DNA of 64,000 bases from Macrostomum hystrix (taxonomy: Eukaryota > Animalia > Platyhelminthes), in assembly GCA_950097015.1 (NCBI GenBank), contig CATNEN010000001.1, positions 18,600,001 to 18,664,000 of the forward strand. The letters are read 5' to 3'. The notes beneath the pieces are model-generated. The model did not search any database. It was given only the letters and a program-made list of their open reading frames with translations, and had not been told where the DNA came from. Shown piece after piece: positions 24,373 through 36,263 of the stretch; the first letter of the stretch is position 1; every line of letters starts with the position of its first letter. Both the position numbers and the translations under genes were made by a program.

Positions 24373-24904
24373 CAAGTGCCGCAGGGACTATCAGCTCCGG
24401 TTTTCAACCTTCTGCTGCCAACGGTAACTGGCAGGGGCTACGTGGTTTATTTTGATACACAAAAACTGACTCTGATGCCCCTGTGACATTATTAATTCAG
24501 CTCTTGTTGCAAATAACTTAGAACATATGGCGCTTTGCTCAAACTAGACTTGACAAAATTGAAATAAAATATAGAGCGAAGGGGGAGCTGCTTAACTTCT
24601 CAAAACGCTAGTCAATTGAAACTAGAAAATTAGATTTCCTTTAAACAACCCAATTTTAAAAAATCGATTGAATCGCAATATTTTAGGATTTTTTTCTGTT
24701 TTATGAAAATACGAGTATTCTGTTTGATTAACGGAACAAATGAGTGCAACGCAGTGAAATGTACTTGTTATTCCTATCCTCAAAGCAGTCCCAGCTATTA
24801 TTGTTCTGCAGCTAGAGCTAAATGTGAGTGCTACGCTCGTACTTACTGTTTCGAATAAATGAAAAGCTCAACTCATTTTTCGATGAAAATTCGATCTTTG
24901 CCTT

Positions 24905-26563
24905 CCCGGTGTAAAAGTCATCGTCCGCCGGACGTCTTTCGGACCCCTACGGTCCCATTTTGGCCTTCGTCAGCTCAGCTAAAAAATCGAGTTAGCTGCT
25001 GAAAACGTCTTAAGAGGTCTTGATTTCAGTTATAAATGCATTTAAAAGATGAAAAAATGTGTACTTCGTACAGTCCGACTTTAGTCCGAAAATGGCCGAC
25101 GAGAAGGACGATGTTCTAAAAAAAATTACTCGTGACTTAGCTGCTAAAAACGTCTTAAAAGGCCTTGATTTCAGTTCTAAATGCATTTAAAAGATAAAAA
25201 ATTTGTAATTCGCACAGTCCGAAATTAGTCCGCAAAAGGCCGACGCGTCCGCGGTCCGTTTTGAGTCCTCAATAGGCGACGAGGAGGACGATGTTCCATA
25301 AAAAAATTCTTGAGTTAGCTGCTGAAAACGTCATAAAAGGCTTTATTTTCCGTTACTTATGCATTTAAAAGATGAAAAATTGTGTAATTCCAACAGTCCA
25401 ATTCCAGTCCGCAAAAGGTAATTTTTTGATCTACTGTACAGAACCTAACATGCTTGAAATACTACTCGTATTTAAACGTTAGTAGTGCAGCAAGTTAAAT
25501 GTTTGGTTTATATAATCGTAATATTTAGTTTTTAGATATAAATTATTTACTATACATATACTTACTGTTTTACTGATCAGTGAGAGCTAGGAAATAAAAT
25601 TTGTGTGCATCAGTGAAACAATTTACGAGTATATAGTGGAATCATCAAAATATTCTGAGCGTGTATACAATTCGATCTTCTGGTCGGCCATGCATATTCC
25701 GGCTGTCTGCAGTAAACCGCTCAATAGCCGTATAAAATGATTGATACTGCGGCAACTGCTTTAATTGCATTACATCTCGAATAGCTATGTATTTAGGAGT
25801 ATATAGAATAGGTAGAAATCGCATAATTGTGATGGTCCGTTTTCCGTCCGATTTGAGTCCGTAAAAAGGCGACGTGAATGTAAATTTTAACAAACACATG
25901 TATTTTGACCGCAGGCAATAAAAAGTTTTGTCGCAGAAGAAGCCAGTTGCACTAAACTTAATAAGAAGTAGGAATCAATTTTTTTGTTTCAAATTGCAGC
26001 TTAAAAACGAAAGAATGGCCTGAGCAAAGTTTTTGAAAGCGCATGCACTGCAAACTTTCACTTTGACCTGACCGGATCCTCAATTAATTAGCTATTATGT
26101 ACGTGAGAATTCTCGATTCGATCAACGAATTCTCAAAAACTATTCACAGTAAGACACTAAAAGTCATTAGACAAGACAAAGTGAATATAGATATCAAACT
26201 CGCCATCACTTTGTGGTTTATATATAAGTTAATAGTTAAGTGAAACTGAAAGTCCATTTGATCAGCAATGTCAGTGTAGCTTAGTTAGGATATATTATAA
26301 AGCTACAGGAATATTTTTTTCAAAAAAGAGTGTTATTTTAAAGCGCATAGTGTATATTTACTTTAATTTAGCAAAAAATACATATTTTTGCAACTATAAT
26401 GAATTGTACCATGTGAGGCTTAAATGTCTATATACTATATAGCAAGGTTACAACTCCTATTTTCTGCTCTAGATACTCCAAGTCTAACTTCTGTTTATTC
26501 TTGGGCTTTCATAAGTGCCTATTTTATTGAAACAGTGAAAGAAAGAAACTGTTATATAGCTAT
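24905..26563 (+). mobile_element. Terminal arm (CCCGGTGTAAAA...) of a DNA transposon extending rightwards
   Basis: Inverted copy of 1-1720 with the same subterminal tandem repeats. Confidence 0.7.
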
Positions 26564-26949
26564 GATATGAGAACTAATTGTCATGAAAAATGTATTATTA
26601 CTTATTAGCTGGTTTAGGTATGTGGCATGCAGTTTTGGACATGCTTAGGCATTAAGAAACAAAGATCTGTCAGTTAACAGTGAGCTATAGTCAATCATGC
26701 CTTTCATAATCTTGGATGGCAGCAGCATTCAGGCTAGCTCTTGTTGGCCAAGCACCAGATACAGTAGAAGTTCCAGTAAGCTCTCGTACATGCAGATTGA
26801 GAATCTTGCCATTCCTTAACCTGTTTGAAAAGGATAAGGTGGTTAAGAGAGTTGTTGGTTAGCTTGTTGGTTTTAAATGTATTAAACAGAGCAGAAAAAT
26901 AAATAACATAGCACATATATTATATATAGGCTAAGTAATTAATATAATT

Positions 26950-27120
26950 TATTATACCTATCCGGCCAATTGTGCAGTATGGTCAAGAGCACAGCCACAG
27001 CTATTGTGCAGCATACGCTTAAATCTAAAGGCTGCACATGGCTGTTCAGTCCATGGACTGAGGGATGCCAGACCCACCTTAAGTTCAAATAGCTAATATT
27101 GGTACCCATTTTACAGCTAG
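26950..27120 (-). mobile_element. SINE family B fragment
   Basis: Reverse-complement similarity to the body of 55149-55422. Confidence 0.6.
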
Positions 27121-27134
27121 CTCGGATAAACAGA

Positions 27135-27523
27135 GGGGCGGATAGCTCGGTCTGTAAGGTGTCGGACTCTGGATCAGATGGTCCTGGGTTCAACTCCCGA
27201 CCTAGTCTAGAACTATTCGTGCAGCCTTTGGCAAGCTGCTTTGCCCTGATGTGCACACAGTCTACTCAGCTGCAAATGAGTACCGATATTTCGTCGGGGA
27301 ATAATAATTCCGGCTGGCGTGAAATAAGGCAGTTCTGTGCGGCAATTCAGTGGGTTTGGATGCTGCCGATATGTTTGGAAAAAATAAATTCCATTGCTGA
27401 CACGCGGCTGTCAACCGGTGTCCGAGAGGGCCAGGGAGTACATTAGGTGTGCAGTCCCCACCTGCTAGTGTGCTTGACACAACACCTGCACTGGCCCTTG
27501 TGTCTAGTGTCATTATTATTATT
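27135..27523 (+). mobile_element. tRNA-derived SINE (family A)
   Basis: tRNA-like head with A box and B box (GGTTCAACTCC), conserved-type central body, (ATT)n tail. Confidence 0.75.
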
Positions 27524-27989
27524 ACCAGTTATAGCAGTTACCAGTATTAGCTGTGGTAACTTATAGTAAGTGTAGCCTACCCCCAGTCGATGGACTGTAC
27601 TGGCTGTAGTCCATAGCCGTACACAGTCTTCAGATGCACCACACAATAGTTGCAGCTGTGCTGTCGGCTACACATCTGGCCCATAGTGACAGTTGTAATT
27701 AGTTAATGGATTATTATTAATTTTATAACAGGGTGAACTGAAGCAAGCAAGTTAGGCCTCTTGCCAAAGGGCATAAGTTGTACCAGTAGAGTTAGGAATC
27801 AAACCCCCACCCTAATTCCCCCTGCCTCATCTATCCAATGTCTAATCACTGCCCTTTCTCAGATTCCTACATTTAATACAGCCGTCGTCTTTTAGGTTCT
27901 GTAAGTGGCCCACTGGCTCATTGCCGACCCCTAGCTGCTAAATACCAGACCAAATAACTCAAGTATACACTGGGGTCACTGGCTAGATT

Positions 27990-28178
27990 TGCAGCCGACA
28001 GCACAGCGGAGCTATTGCGCGGCTCATCTGAAGACTGCGTACAGCTGTACAGTCCATTGACTGGGGGGACACCACACCCACCTTCAATTATCCCAGCAAA
28101 TGCTGGTACCATTTAACAGCTGGGTGAACTAAAGCAATGCAGAGTTAATTAAGTGTCTTGCTAAAGGACACAAATTGT
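27990..28178 (-). mobile_element. SINE family B fragment (further degenerate pieces at ~27560-27800)
   Basis: CACCCACCTTCAATTATCCCAGCAAATGCTGGTACCATTTAACAGCTGGGTGAAC block shared with the other copies. Confidence 0.7.
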
Positions 28179-28982
28179 CTCACATGAATGCAGCAGACCA
28201 AATAACCCTAGCTAGTACCAACAGCTAGAAATAGCTAGTGAATGCTATAATTTTTATGACACATTAGGGTCTGACATACAGAGGTAGTATATATGTTTAG
28301 TAAGTTTTTAAGTTAAAAAATACATGCATAGTACCTTTTTAGACAAACTGAACCTGTACACATGTATTATTTAAACCAATGGCTCAAAATTAATTTGAGT
28401 TACAATTGATAGTAGCTATCAATTGTGGGTTAGGTGTTTAGTATTTCACAAAAGGATCATGATTAGTCAAGCCCTTACTATGTGACCAGCAGTTCTCAGA
28501 TGCACTGATGTAAGGAAAGCAGTTGCTATAGGTAGTACTGCCTTAAGCCAGTCAAAAATGCCACCATTCCAGCTAGTGTGATAAGTACCTGTTCAATAAT
28601 GTTGAATATTTTAATAGCTGAAAAACTTATTACTATCAGCCATTTAAATTAGTCTGATAAAAAATGTTCGAGCTACAATTAAAACCAGTAACTCACCAGT
28701 CAGCTGAATTTATTTAATAGAACACTCTTGCCGAAACCTAGTCTTGTTTCGTCTGTCTTTGAATTTCTTTTATTTGTTTAATTCCTTCGAGATTCTTTTG
28801 ATTGCTTCTCATTTGATTCGTCTGAGATTTCAGTGCTGAGCGCTCTTAAAAATCGATAATCATACAAAGATCTGTTCATACGATCTTGATTAAAAAGATA
28901 CAAATTTGAGTAAAACCACTTAATTTCAGATAAGTGGAATTCCGTTTTATTGGAAAATATGGAAAGGAAATATGGAAATGAT

Positions 28983-29122
28983 CAGCAGCAGCAGCATGGA
29001 AATGATCAGCAGCAGCAGCAGCAGCAGGCCCAGCAGCAGCAGCAGGCCCAGCAGCAGCAGCAGCCCCAGCAGCAGCAGCAGCCCCAGCAGCAGCAGCCCC
29101 AGCAGCAGCAGAGCCAGCAGCA
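28983..29122 (+). repeat. Interrupted (CAG)n microsatellite
   Basis: CAG runs broken by GCC/CCC units. Confidence 0.9.
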
Positions 29123-31474
29123 GGGCCCTGGCTCACCGTGGCTTCTTGAGCCACACACGGTGGGCCAGGGTCAACGTGTTGTGTGGAAGGTGAAGGTAGG
29201 TGCCGGGGCATCTGCCAACTTCACCCCGCCCCGGCACCTACCTTCCGGTGGAAGGAAATAAAAAGGTTTGTTAAAGCACTTTTTGCTATTTTATACCAAT
29301 AGTTCTTCGCAATTCTTGATGGTTTTTTAACAATTCTTAAAATATGCTTTTAAACATTCTAAAAAAGATATACCCGGTGTTGCAGGTTTTACTTTCCTTT
29401 AAAAACTTCATATTGGTGCTACGTGGTAAAGCTAAATATCTTTCTAGCCATTAGCTACACGTCGTTTAACATGCTGCAATTCACTAAACAAATGCTAACA
29501 CAATATTACAATAAAGCAAAATGCACTCACCTTTAATATGACAGTAATTAAATGCTATAACGTTAGTCGTTTTGTCGTACGTGCCGCACTTCGTGTTTAA
29601 CCATGCAGCTCATTCCATAAGCCAACTTCAAGCATTCGCTTAGAGTTGGATGCATGCCCTTGTTGCCATTGGAGAAAGCATTTATTAAAGTTGCATATTT
29701 GTACTAAATAATGATATTTGCGTTGCATGCCAAATATTAATTACGTATTTAAATTATAACATTTGCGCCTTAAAACTCATTTTCGCCTTTCAGAGCATAT
29801 ATCGAGAGCTAGCTGCGCCAATATATATCTGCATGATCGTTGATAAAGCTAAAGATAAAGATAATAAAGATAAAGCACGATCATAGCTGCATGCATTTTT
29901 GGATATCTACGCCTTCTTGTCTTTATTTATTTCACACTTATTTATTTCGCACATGCACTGCATGCATAAGTATTTATAAATTGCTTTAGCTTTGCACTGA
30001 GCTATTGCACCATGCTTTGTGTTTCTGCACTTAACATGCATGCATGCTTAGCTTCTTAGGATGACTTGATATAATAGCTGGCTATATCGCATCTGTCCCT
30101 TGAAGGCTTGCTGAAATGTAGCTGAAATTCATAGTTGACCAGGGATCAAATTTCAACCGAAAGCAAAAACTGTATACTGTCAAATTCCAATTTTAGTTTT
30201 CCCCGTTCCAGAAAATCCTGAGACGTGTGTTGCAAGGTGGTGGGCAGAAAATGTACCGACGAGACATCGCTCTTAGCTTTTACCTCGGATGTACAGGTAT
30301 GCAGTTACTTTCTTCTTAAGCAGTTTGAGTTTAAATTCACATTAGGAATTCAAAATGAGATAAATGAATTGATCTAACCCTCTGCAGCATGGGGAATTTC
30401 AGTCAGCGTCGAGCACAAGTTGGCCCAGCGTCCCGGCTAGCTGCATCTGGCCGAGTTTAGCAGGTTAGAGAATGACAGCGACCTTCACGAACTCGTCATG
30501 TCAATAGAGTTCCACGGCTGCACTCGAACAACGTTAAGTGTGCTTTTTGTTTTTTAGTTTATGAAATAATGTGCAGCAACTATTAGTTTATTTATAGTAT
30601 AACAGGCTATATTTGAATTCGTGCTAAAAATATGCTGTGCGTATACTTATAATATTCGACTTATGTGATTTGTTAAGATGAAAAGAAATATACCGTGTGT
30701 ATGCTGAGTGTATTGGGAATATTGCTATAAATAGAGGCGGGAAGTGATAAAGACAGTAACCGTTTCGTGCCCATTATTAAGAAACAGTTCAATTCTCCTC
30801 GTGAGCAATCTTAACAAAGCCTTACTTATTTCTAAAGTAAGTGGAAGCCGTTGAAACCGATCCGGGGAAGCCCGAGTACAGACTGGCCAGAGAGCCTGAA
30901 TTATCTGACAAAACTTGTCTGAGTCACCTGAGAGCATTGTCTCCAGATCTAACTAGATTTAATATCTAGAATATAACTGGCAGGAGGCCAGAAATATCGT
31001 GACAAAGAGCCACGCTACCCAAACTATCTGTAGTTTGCAAAAGTCCACACGAGCAGGGGTGTGGTATAATGTATATGTCACTCTAAAATGATTGACAGGC
31101 AATAAGTCAGAAGTTTAGGCCAATTACTTACAGTATGAGGAGAGTTTGAATTACTAGAACAGTGCAATTGTAAAAGAAGCACTACAACAATAGTATAGCA
31201 TTTATAAGTACTCGTAGAACTCATACTTTTATAGGAAACAGTCGGTCTCAATTACATGTCTTCAAAATCAAGGCTTAATCACAGATGATAAGTCATGCAT
31301 GGACAATATGAGAAAACACAAGAAAACAGAACAAAACATGGCCGTAAGAAACAATAGTTTACATGAGTGAAGTAGCGCAACTGACAATCAGGCAATCCGT
31401 GATGTAATTCTGAGTCATTGTCTGGATCATGTGATTTCTAGGGCAATGTAGGGATTTCTGAGGTATTAATTAAA

Positions 31475-32305
31475 TTATGGGATTTCTGATTTACATGTCA
31501 TTTTGTCTGTAATTTTTCTAAAAAAAAAATTTACTTTCTCGTGGTCGAAGTGAAATTTGTAAAAGTGCTTGTCTCTTGGGTGGGTCTTGGTGATAAGCTT
31601 GTCCTCGTAGTAATGCCTCAGCGCTCGCTTCATCGTTTCAAAGCTCATGTCCCGCCGCTTGTAACTGCCCCAGGCCTCTGCTAGGCCGGTTGGGTTTAGA
31701 ATTTGGAAAATGCCCTCCAGCTTGTTCTCCCAGCGCAAGCAGTGAGGCGACAGGTCAGCGACAGACGGAGTTTCGAGTAACTGGTACAGAAACTCCCACA
31801 GCCAAAAATTCCTGTCTGAGGTTGGGCAATGCTAAGTTTTGATAGCTAATTGTTGTTAAATACTAAAGATTCTCAAATCCCAAATTTTCGCAGCTCAAAA
31901 ACACTAACCGATGCCAGCACGCTTCTTCCTTGTTCTTTTTATGACGCCTGGCGGCTGCACATGCGTTGGGAGATGCGAAGTGGGCGGATCAAGCGAATGA
32001 ACCCAGCAAAGGGAGCAATCAATCGCCGAAGCATTCAGTCGCTGCTGCGGATGCTGTTGCTGTCCGATGGACCAGATGGACTCCGATGCGCTCATGGCCC
32101 CAGTGTCATCTTCGTTGGCAACCGGCTTGTACAAATCGAAGAGGGCAGCGCTTTCGTAAGACTGGAGGTCACTGAATTCGCAGCGCATCACGGCGAAGTC
32201 CAAATTGTCTAGACTGCCCAGGTCATCGACGGGCTGGTAAGAATAAATGGGTTTGCGATTAGCTTGTCTCCCGTGAACAATCAATCTAGACACCGTGTCC
32301 CATAG
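31475..32305 (-). CDS. Divergent ETS-domain transcription-factor-like gene (exons ~32305-31909 and 31815-31475; true ends uncertain)
   Basis: FWLWEFLYQLL...LRWENKLEGIFQILNPTGLAEAWGSYKRRDMSFETMKRALRHYYEDKLITK...YKF is the ETS winged-helix signature. A phase-1 intron (31908-31816) joins a basic upstream exon in frame. Confidence 0.88.
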
Positions 32306-34070
32306 CTAGACAATCTAGCCACTCTCCGCAATCAAGTGTTGCTATAGTAACTGTCTTTCTAGCTATAAGCTAGCTACCTAGAAAATCTACGAGATTTTGA
32401 TATACTCCTAGTAGATACCCACTGTCTCCCATAGAACAAACAGTCACTGTCTCGAATCATATAGATTTACCTTTAGGGATTCAGTTGTATTTCGGCTATC
32501 AAAATTCATTGTCCCAGTGTCTGGCGCAGCCTCTAAGAGGAACCAGTTAATATTACTCTTGGCCGCTTCCGCTTTGTTGCTTATAGTTGTTGGAAAAAAT
32601 ATTGTGGCCGTGTCTCCGCTTTAGACAGCTAGCCAAATCAAGTTACAATGTAAGGTATCTATGCTATCCTAAAGCAAGGACCTCTGAATACAAGCATCGA
32701 TCTATTTATAGATGCTATTTATAGAAGTCCTTGCCCTAAAGAAACGCTTTGTTTGTCTAGTCTAGACTCTAGTGACTCTAGACTCTTATCTCTGCTGTGT
32801 ATTTTACTTCCCCTCTGGATCTCTCAAAATTTAGTTGGGTTAGACCATGAAATTCCCCAGGCTATTGTATTGTCTACCATTACGGTTGTAGACAATAATC
32901 AGTAAATATATTTCTAATTGCCATTGTCAATGACAGTTGTTGTTGCTGTTTTGTTGTTGTATTGTCTATGACACTGATCCCTTTACAAATTTGGTAATAT
33001 ACGTTTATAATTTTGATTAAGGGCAATCATTCTAGACAGATAAATACTCGTATGTAAATTGGGTTTAAAACATTCCGAATTTCTTCCAGATATTCTCCAT
33101 GAACACCTGACGCCCGGTACACGGTCAGGTGCGTCGAGAAATGGAAGCTGCGGATGACATTGATATTAGTGTCTATTCTAAGATTGCTCCTCAGAAGTTC
33201 GAGCGTCATTAAACTGTTGCCGTACTGTTTAGTTTAGCGGCATAATCACTGCAATATAACTGTTCGGCGTGAGAAATAAATTCGATAATAAGTTTTTACT
33301 AATTAATAGTCACAACAGGCATTTTGTACGAAAGAAAAACTCAAAGTGCCTTTATCAGGTAAAGGCGGGCTCTTTTATTATTGCTCTTTAAGCTTTCCCA
33401 TTTTTATTTCTGTAATTTACTGTTCGTCTGTTCAATTTCACTCTTCTTCAGTTGCTTTGCATTTAGTACCCTGCAGATATTTAATTCTACAAAACATTCC
33501 GGTTTGATTGCTATCCAAATCCTATCCCAGGCCTATCCCATATGTATACAGATACTTGGTGTTTACTTTTTTTCTCCCGCTATGCATCCTTTTACTATTT
33601 ATACAGAAAATTAAACGTTCTTTGTGCGGCAATTAAGCAGCCACAGTCAGACAAATTCTTTATACTGAACTGCGTTAGAAATTTATATTTATTTTCGTTG
33701 ACTCTTACTTCTTTAATTTCGAAATTTAAACGTTATGCAGCAAAACATAATGCTGACACAGCTAGTGCTTTCACCTACGATCGAATCTTTTGGGATCGTT
33801 TTCCTGAAGGCGGCTCATCTATGTCTACAATACTTAATAAGTTAATAATACTGAGCTGGCACAACTGAGCCAAAAAATCTTGTCAGCTTGCGCATCAGAG
33901 GCCGCACCAAGTGCGCAGTTGCTGTTAGAATTTAAGAAATGAATCAGCGTTAAAATTTATAATGCCGGTCGCCCTCACAATTGAGCGACCTGCTTTACGA
34001 GCGTAAATCGACGACTCTCCAAATCACTCCGCCATTATGTAAACACATTACCATAGAATTACATACCACC

Positions 34071-34269
34071 ATAATAATAATAATAATTGATTACACCTGC
34101 CCCAATTGGGCCAGATGTGCAGCCGACAGCACAGCTGCAGCTATGGCGCGGCGCATCTGAAGGTTGCGTACAGCTGTTCAGTCCATGGACTGGCGGGACG
34201 CCACACCCACCTTTCAAGTATCCCAGCTGATGCTGGTACCCATTTAACAGCTGGTTGAACTGAAGCAAT
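34071..34269 (-). mobile_element. SINE family B, 5'-truncated at the minisatellite
   Basis: Tail (ATA)n on the plus strand plus the family-B body. Confidence 0.75.
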
Positions 34270-34271
34270 TC

Positions 34272-35308
34272 AGGGATCATTGTTAACTGGGGGATCATGA
34301 TCAACTGGGGGATCTTTGTTAACTGGGGGATCATTGTCAACAGGGGAGGTACATTGTCAACTGTGGGATCATTGTCAACTGGGGGATCATTGTCAACTGA
34401 GTGATCATAATCAACTGACTGATCATTGTCAACTTGTGGATCATTGTCAACTGTGGGATCATTGTCAACTGGGGGATCATCATAAACTGGGGGATCATAA
34501 TCAAATAGGGGATCATTGTCAACTGGGGGATCATTGTCAACTGTGGGATCATTGTCAACTGGGGGATCATTGTCAACTGGGTGATCATTGTCAACTGGGG
34601 GATAATTGTCAACTGAGTGATCATTGTCAACTTGTGGATCATTGTCAACTGGGAATCATTGTCAACTGTGGGATTATTGTCAACTGGGGGATCATTGTCA
34701 ACTGAGTGATCATAATCAACTGACTGATCATTATCAACTTGTGGATCATTGTCAACTGTGGGATCATTGTCAACTGGGGGATCATCATCAACTGGGGGAT
34801 ACTTGTCAACTGGCTGATCATAATCAACTCAGAGATCATAATCAACTGAGTGATCATAATCAACTGACTGATCATTGTCAACTTGTGGATCATTGTCAAC
34901 TGTGGGATCATTGTCAACTGGGGGATCATCATCAACTGAAGGATCATCAACTGGGGGATCATTGTCAACTGGGTGATCATAATCAACTGAGTGATCATAA
35001 TCAACTGAGTGATCATTATTAAGTGGGGGATCATTGTCAACTGGCGGATCATGGTCAACTGGGGGATAATTGTCGACTGGGGGATTATTGTCAACTGTGG
35101 GATCATTGTCAACTGGGGGATCATCATCAACTGGGGGATCATCATCAACTGGGGGATCATCATCAATTGGGGTATCATCATCAACTGGGGATCATCATCA
35201 ACTGGGGGATCATCATCAACTGGGGGATCATCATCAACTGGGGTATCATCATCAACTGGGGGATCATCATCAACTGGGGGATCATCATCAACTGGGGGAT
35301 CATCATCA
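34272..35308. repeat. 18-bp minisatellite, consensus GATCATTGTCAACTGGGG (~57 units)
   Basis: Direct tandem units with variants (GATCATCATCAACTGGGG at the 3' end) and occasional shortened units. Confidence 0.95.
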
Positions 35309-36263
35309 AATTTATTTGACTCGAACTTATTAACCTGGAAAGTCACCTAGAAAAGTTTATCTTAACTCTGACTATGTCAGTATTGTATGGCTGTCGTCGG
35401 TGTCCCAATAGATTTGAGCACAGTTTATCGAGTCGGATTCAATTGAAAATCAACCTAGAAATGATTTCCTACACGACTGAGTTGGTTTCATGATTTCAAA
35501 TGATTTCCTCATGATGAAGGAAAGTTCATCTTCAAGCTCATCATGAAGTTTTCAAGCTTTTTTAAAACAAATTTAAGTCTATCTAAGTAAAATAGTCCCT
35601 GTTCATAAATTCCCCATTGCCCTTCTCCGAAACTTCGAAAGCCATGCAGGAACGCCGTGGCACATCGGGTGGGACTGATCGGGTGGGAAGCACAGACCAA
35701 ATTGATAAGATAAGGCTTTCCTTCCGTCTGTGGTGGGGAGACCCACATGCATTACGTTCTAAATATTCTTATCAGTTTTTATTTGAGCTGCTCCTTCCTC
35801 TTTTGGCTGTTCAAGTCCTGTGACTCACTTCAATTGGTTTTAGATCCCTAAAAGACTGGGGGCGCGAGTCAGTTCCGAACTTCCGCAGAACTCTGCCGCT
35901 AAAAGTACTCTTTTATTTGTCTCGAAAAATTAAAATATGTACAGATTTGTAAAGATATGTACAGTCTGTTAGGAAAAGATATTTGCTGAGTTATAAAACT
36001 ATTAAATTATATTTACTTGCTTGATGATTCTGGAGCATCCTGTTTGCTTTATTACTTTATTATGCCAATGAGTACGAGTACATTAAGCGATTAAAAAAAT
36101 TATGACACAAATTCCAAGAAACTTTTCAGAAAAGTAACCATTTTCTCAATGCGCCATTGCTTTATTTGTAATAAAGAATATACATAATTAAACATGATTG
36201 TTACATGATTAAAGATTTAGCAAAATAAACTAAGCGACGAGTCATAATAACATGCGTGTCTTT

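Noticed and set aside
27135-27205. tRNA gene (also 55149-55220)
   Set aside because: Imperfect cloverleaf continuing into a SINE body and tail; these are SINE heads.
28876-29261. PolyQ/polyA/polyS ORFs
   Set aside because: Open frames are a by-product of the CAG repeat; no other coding evidence.
34272-35308. CRISPR-like array (also 44106-47330 and 62567-62998)
   Set aside because: Contiguous tandem units with no unique spacers, no cas genes, and a eukaryotic context.
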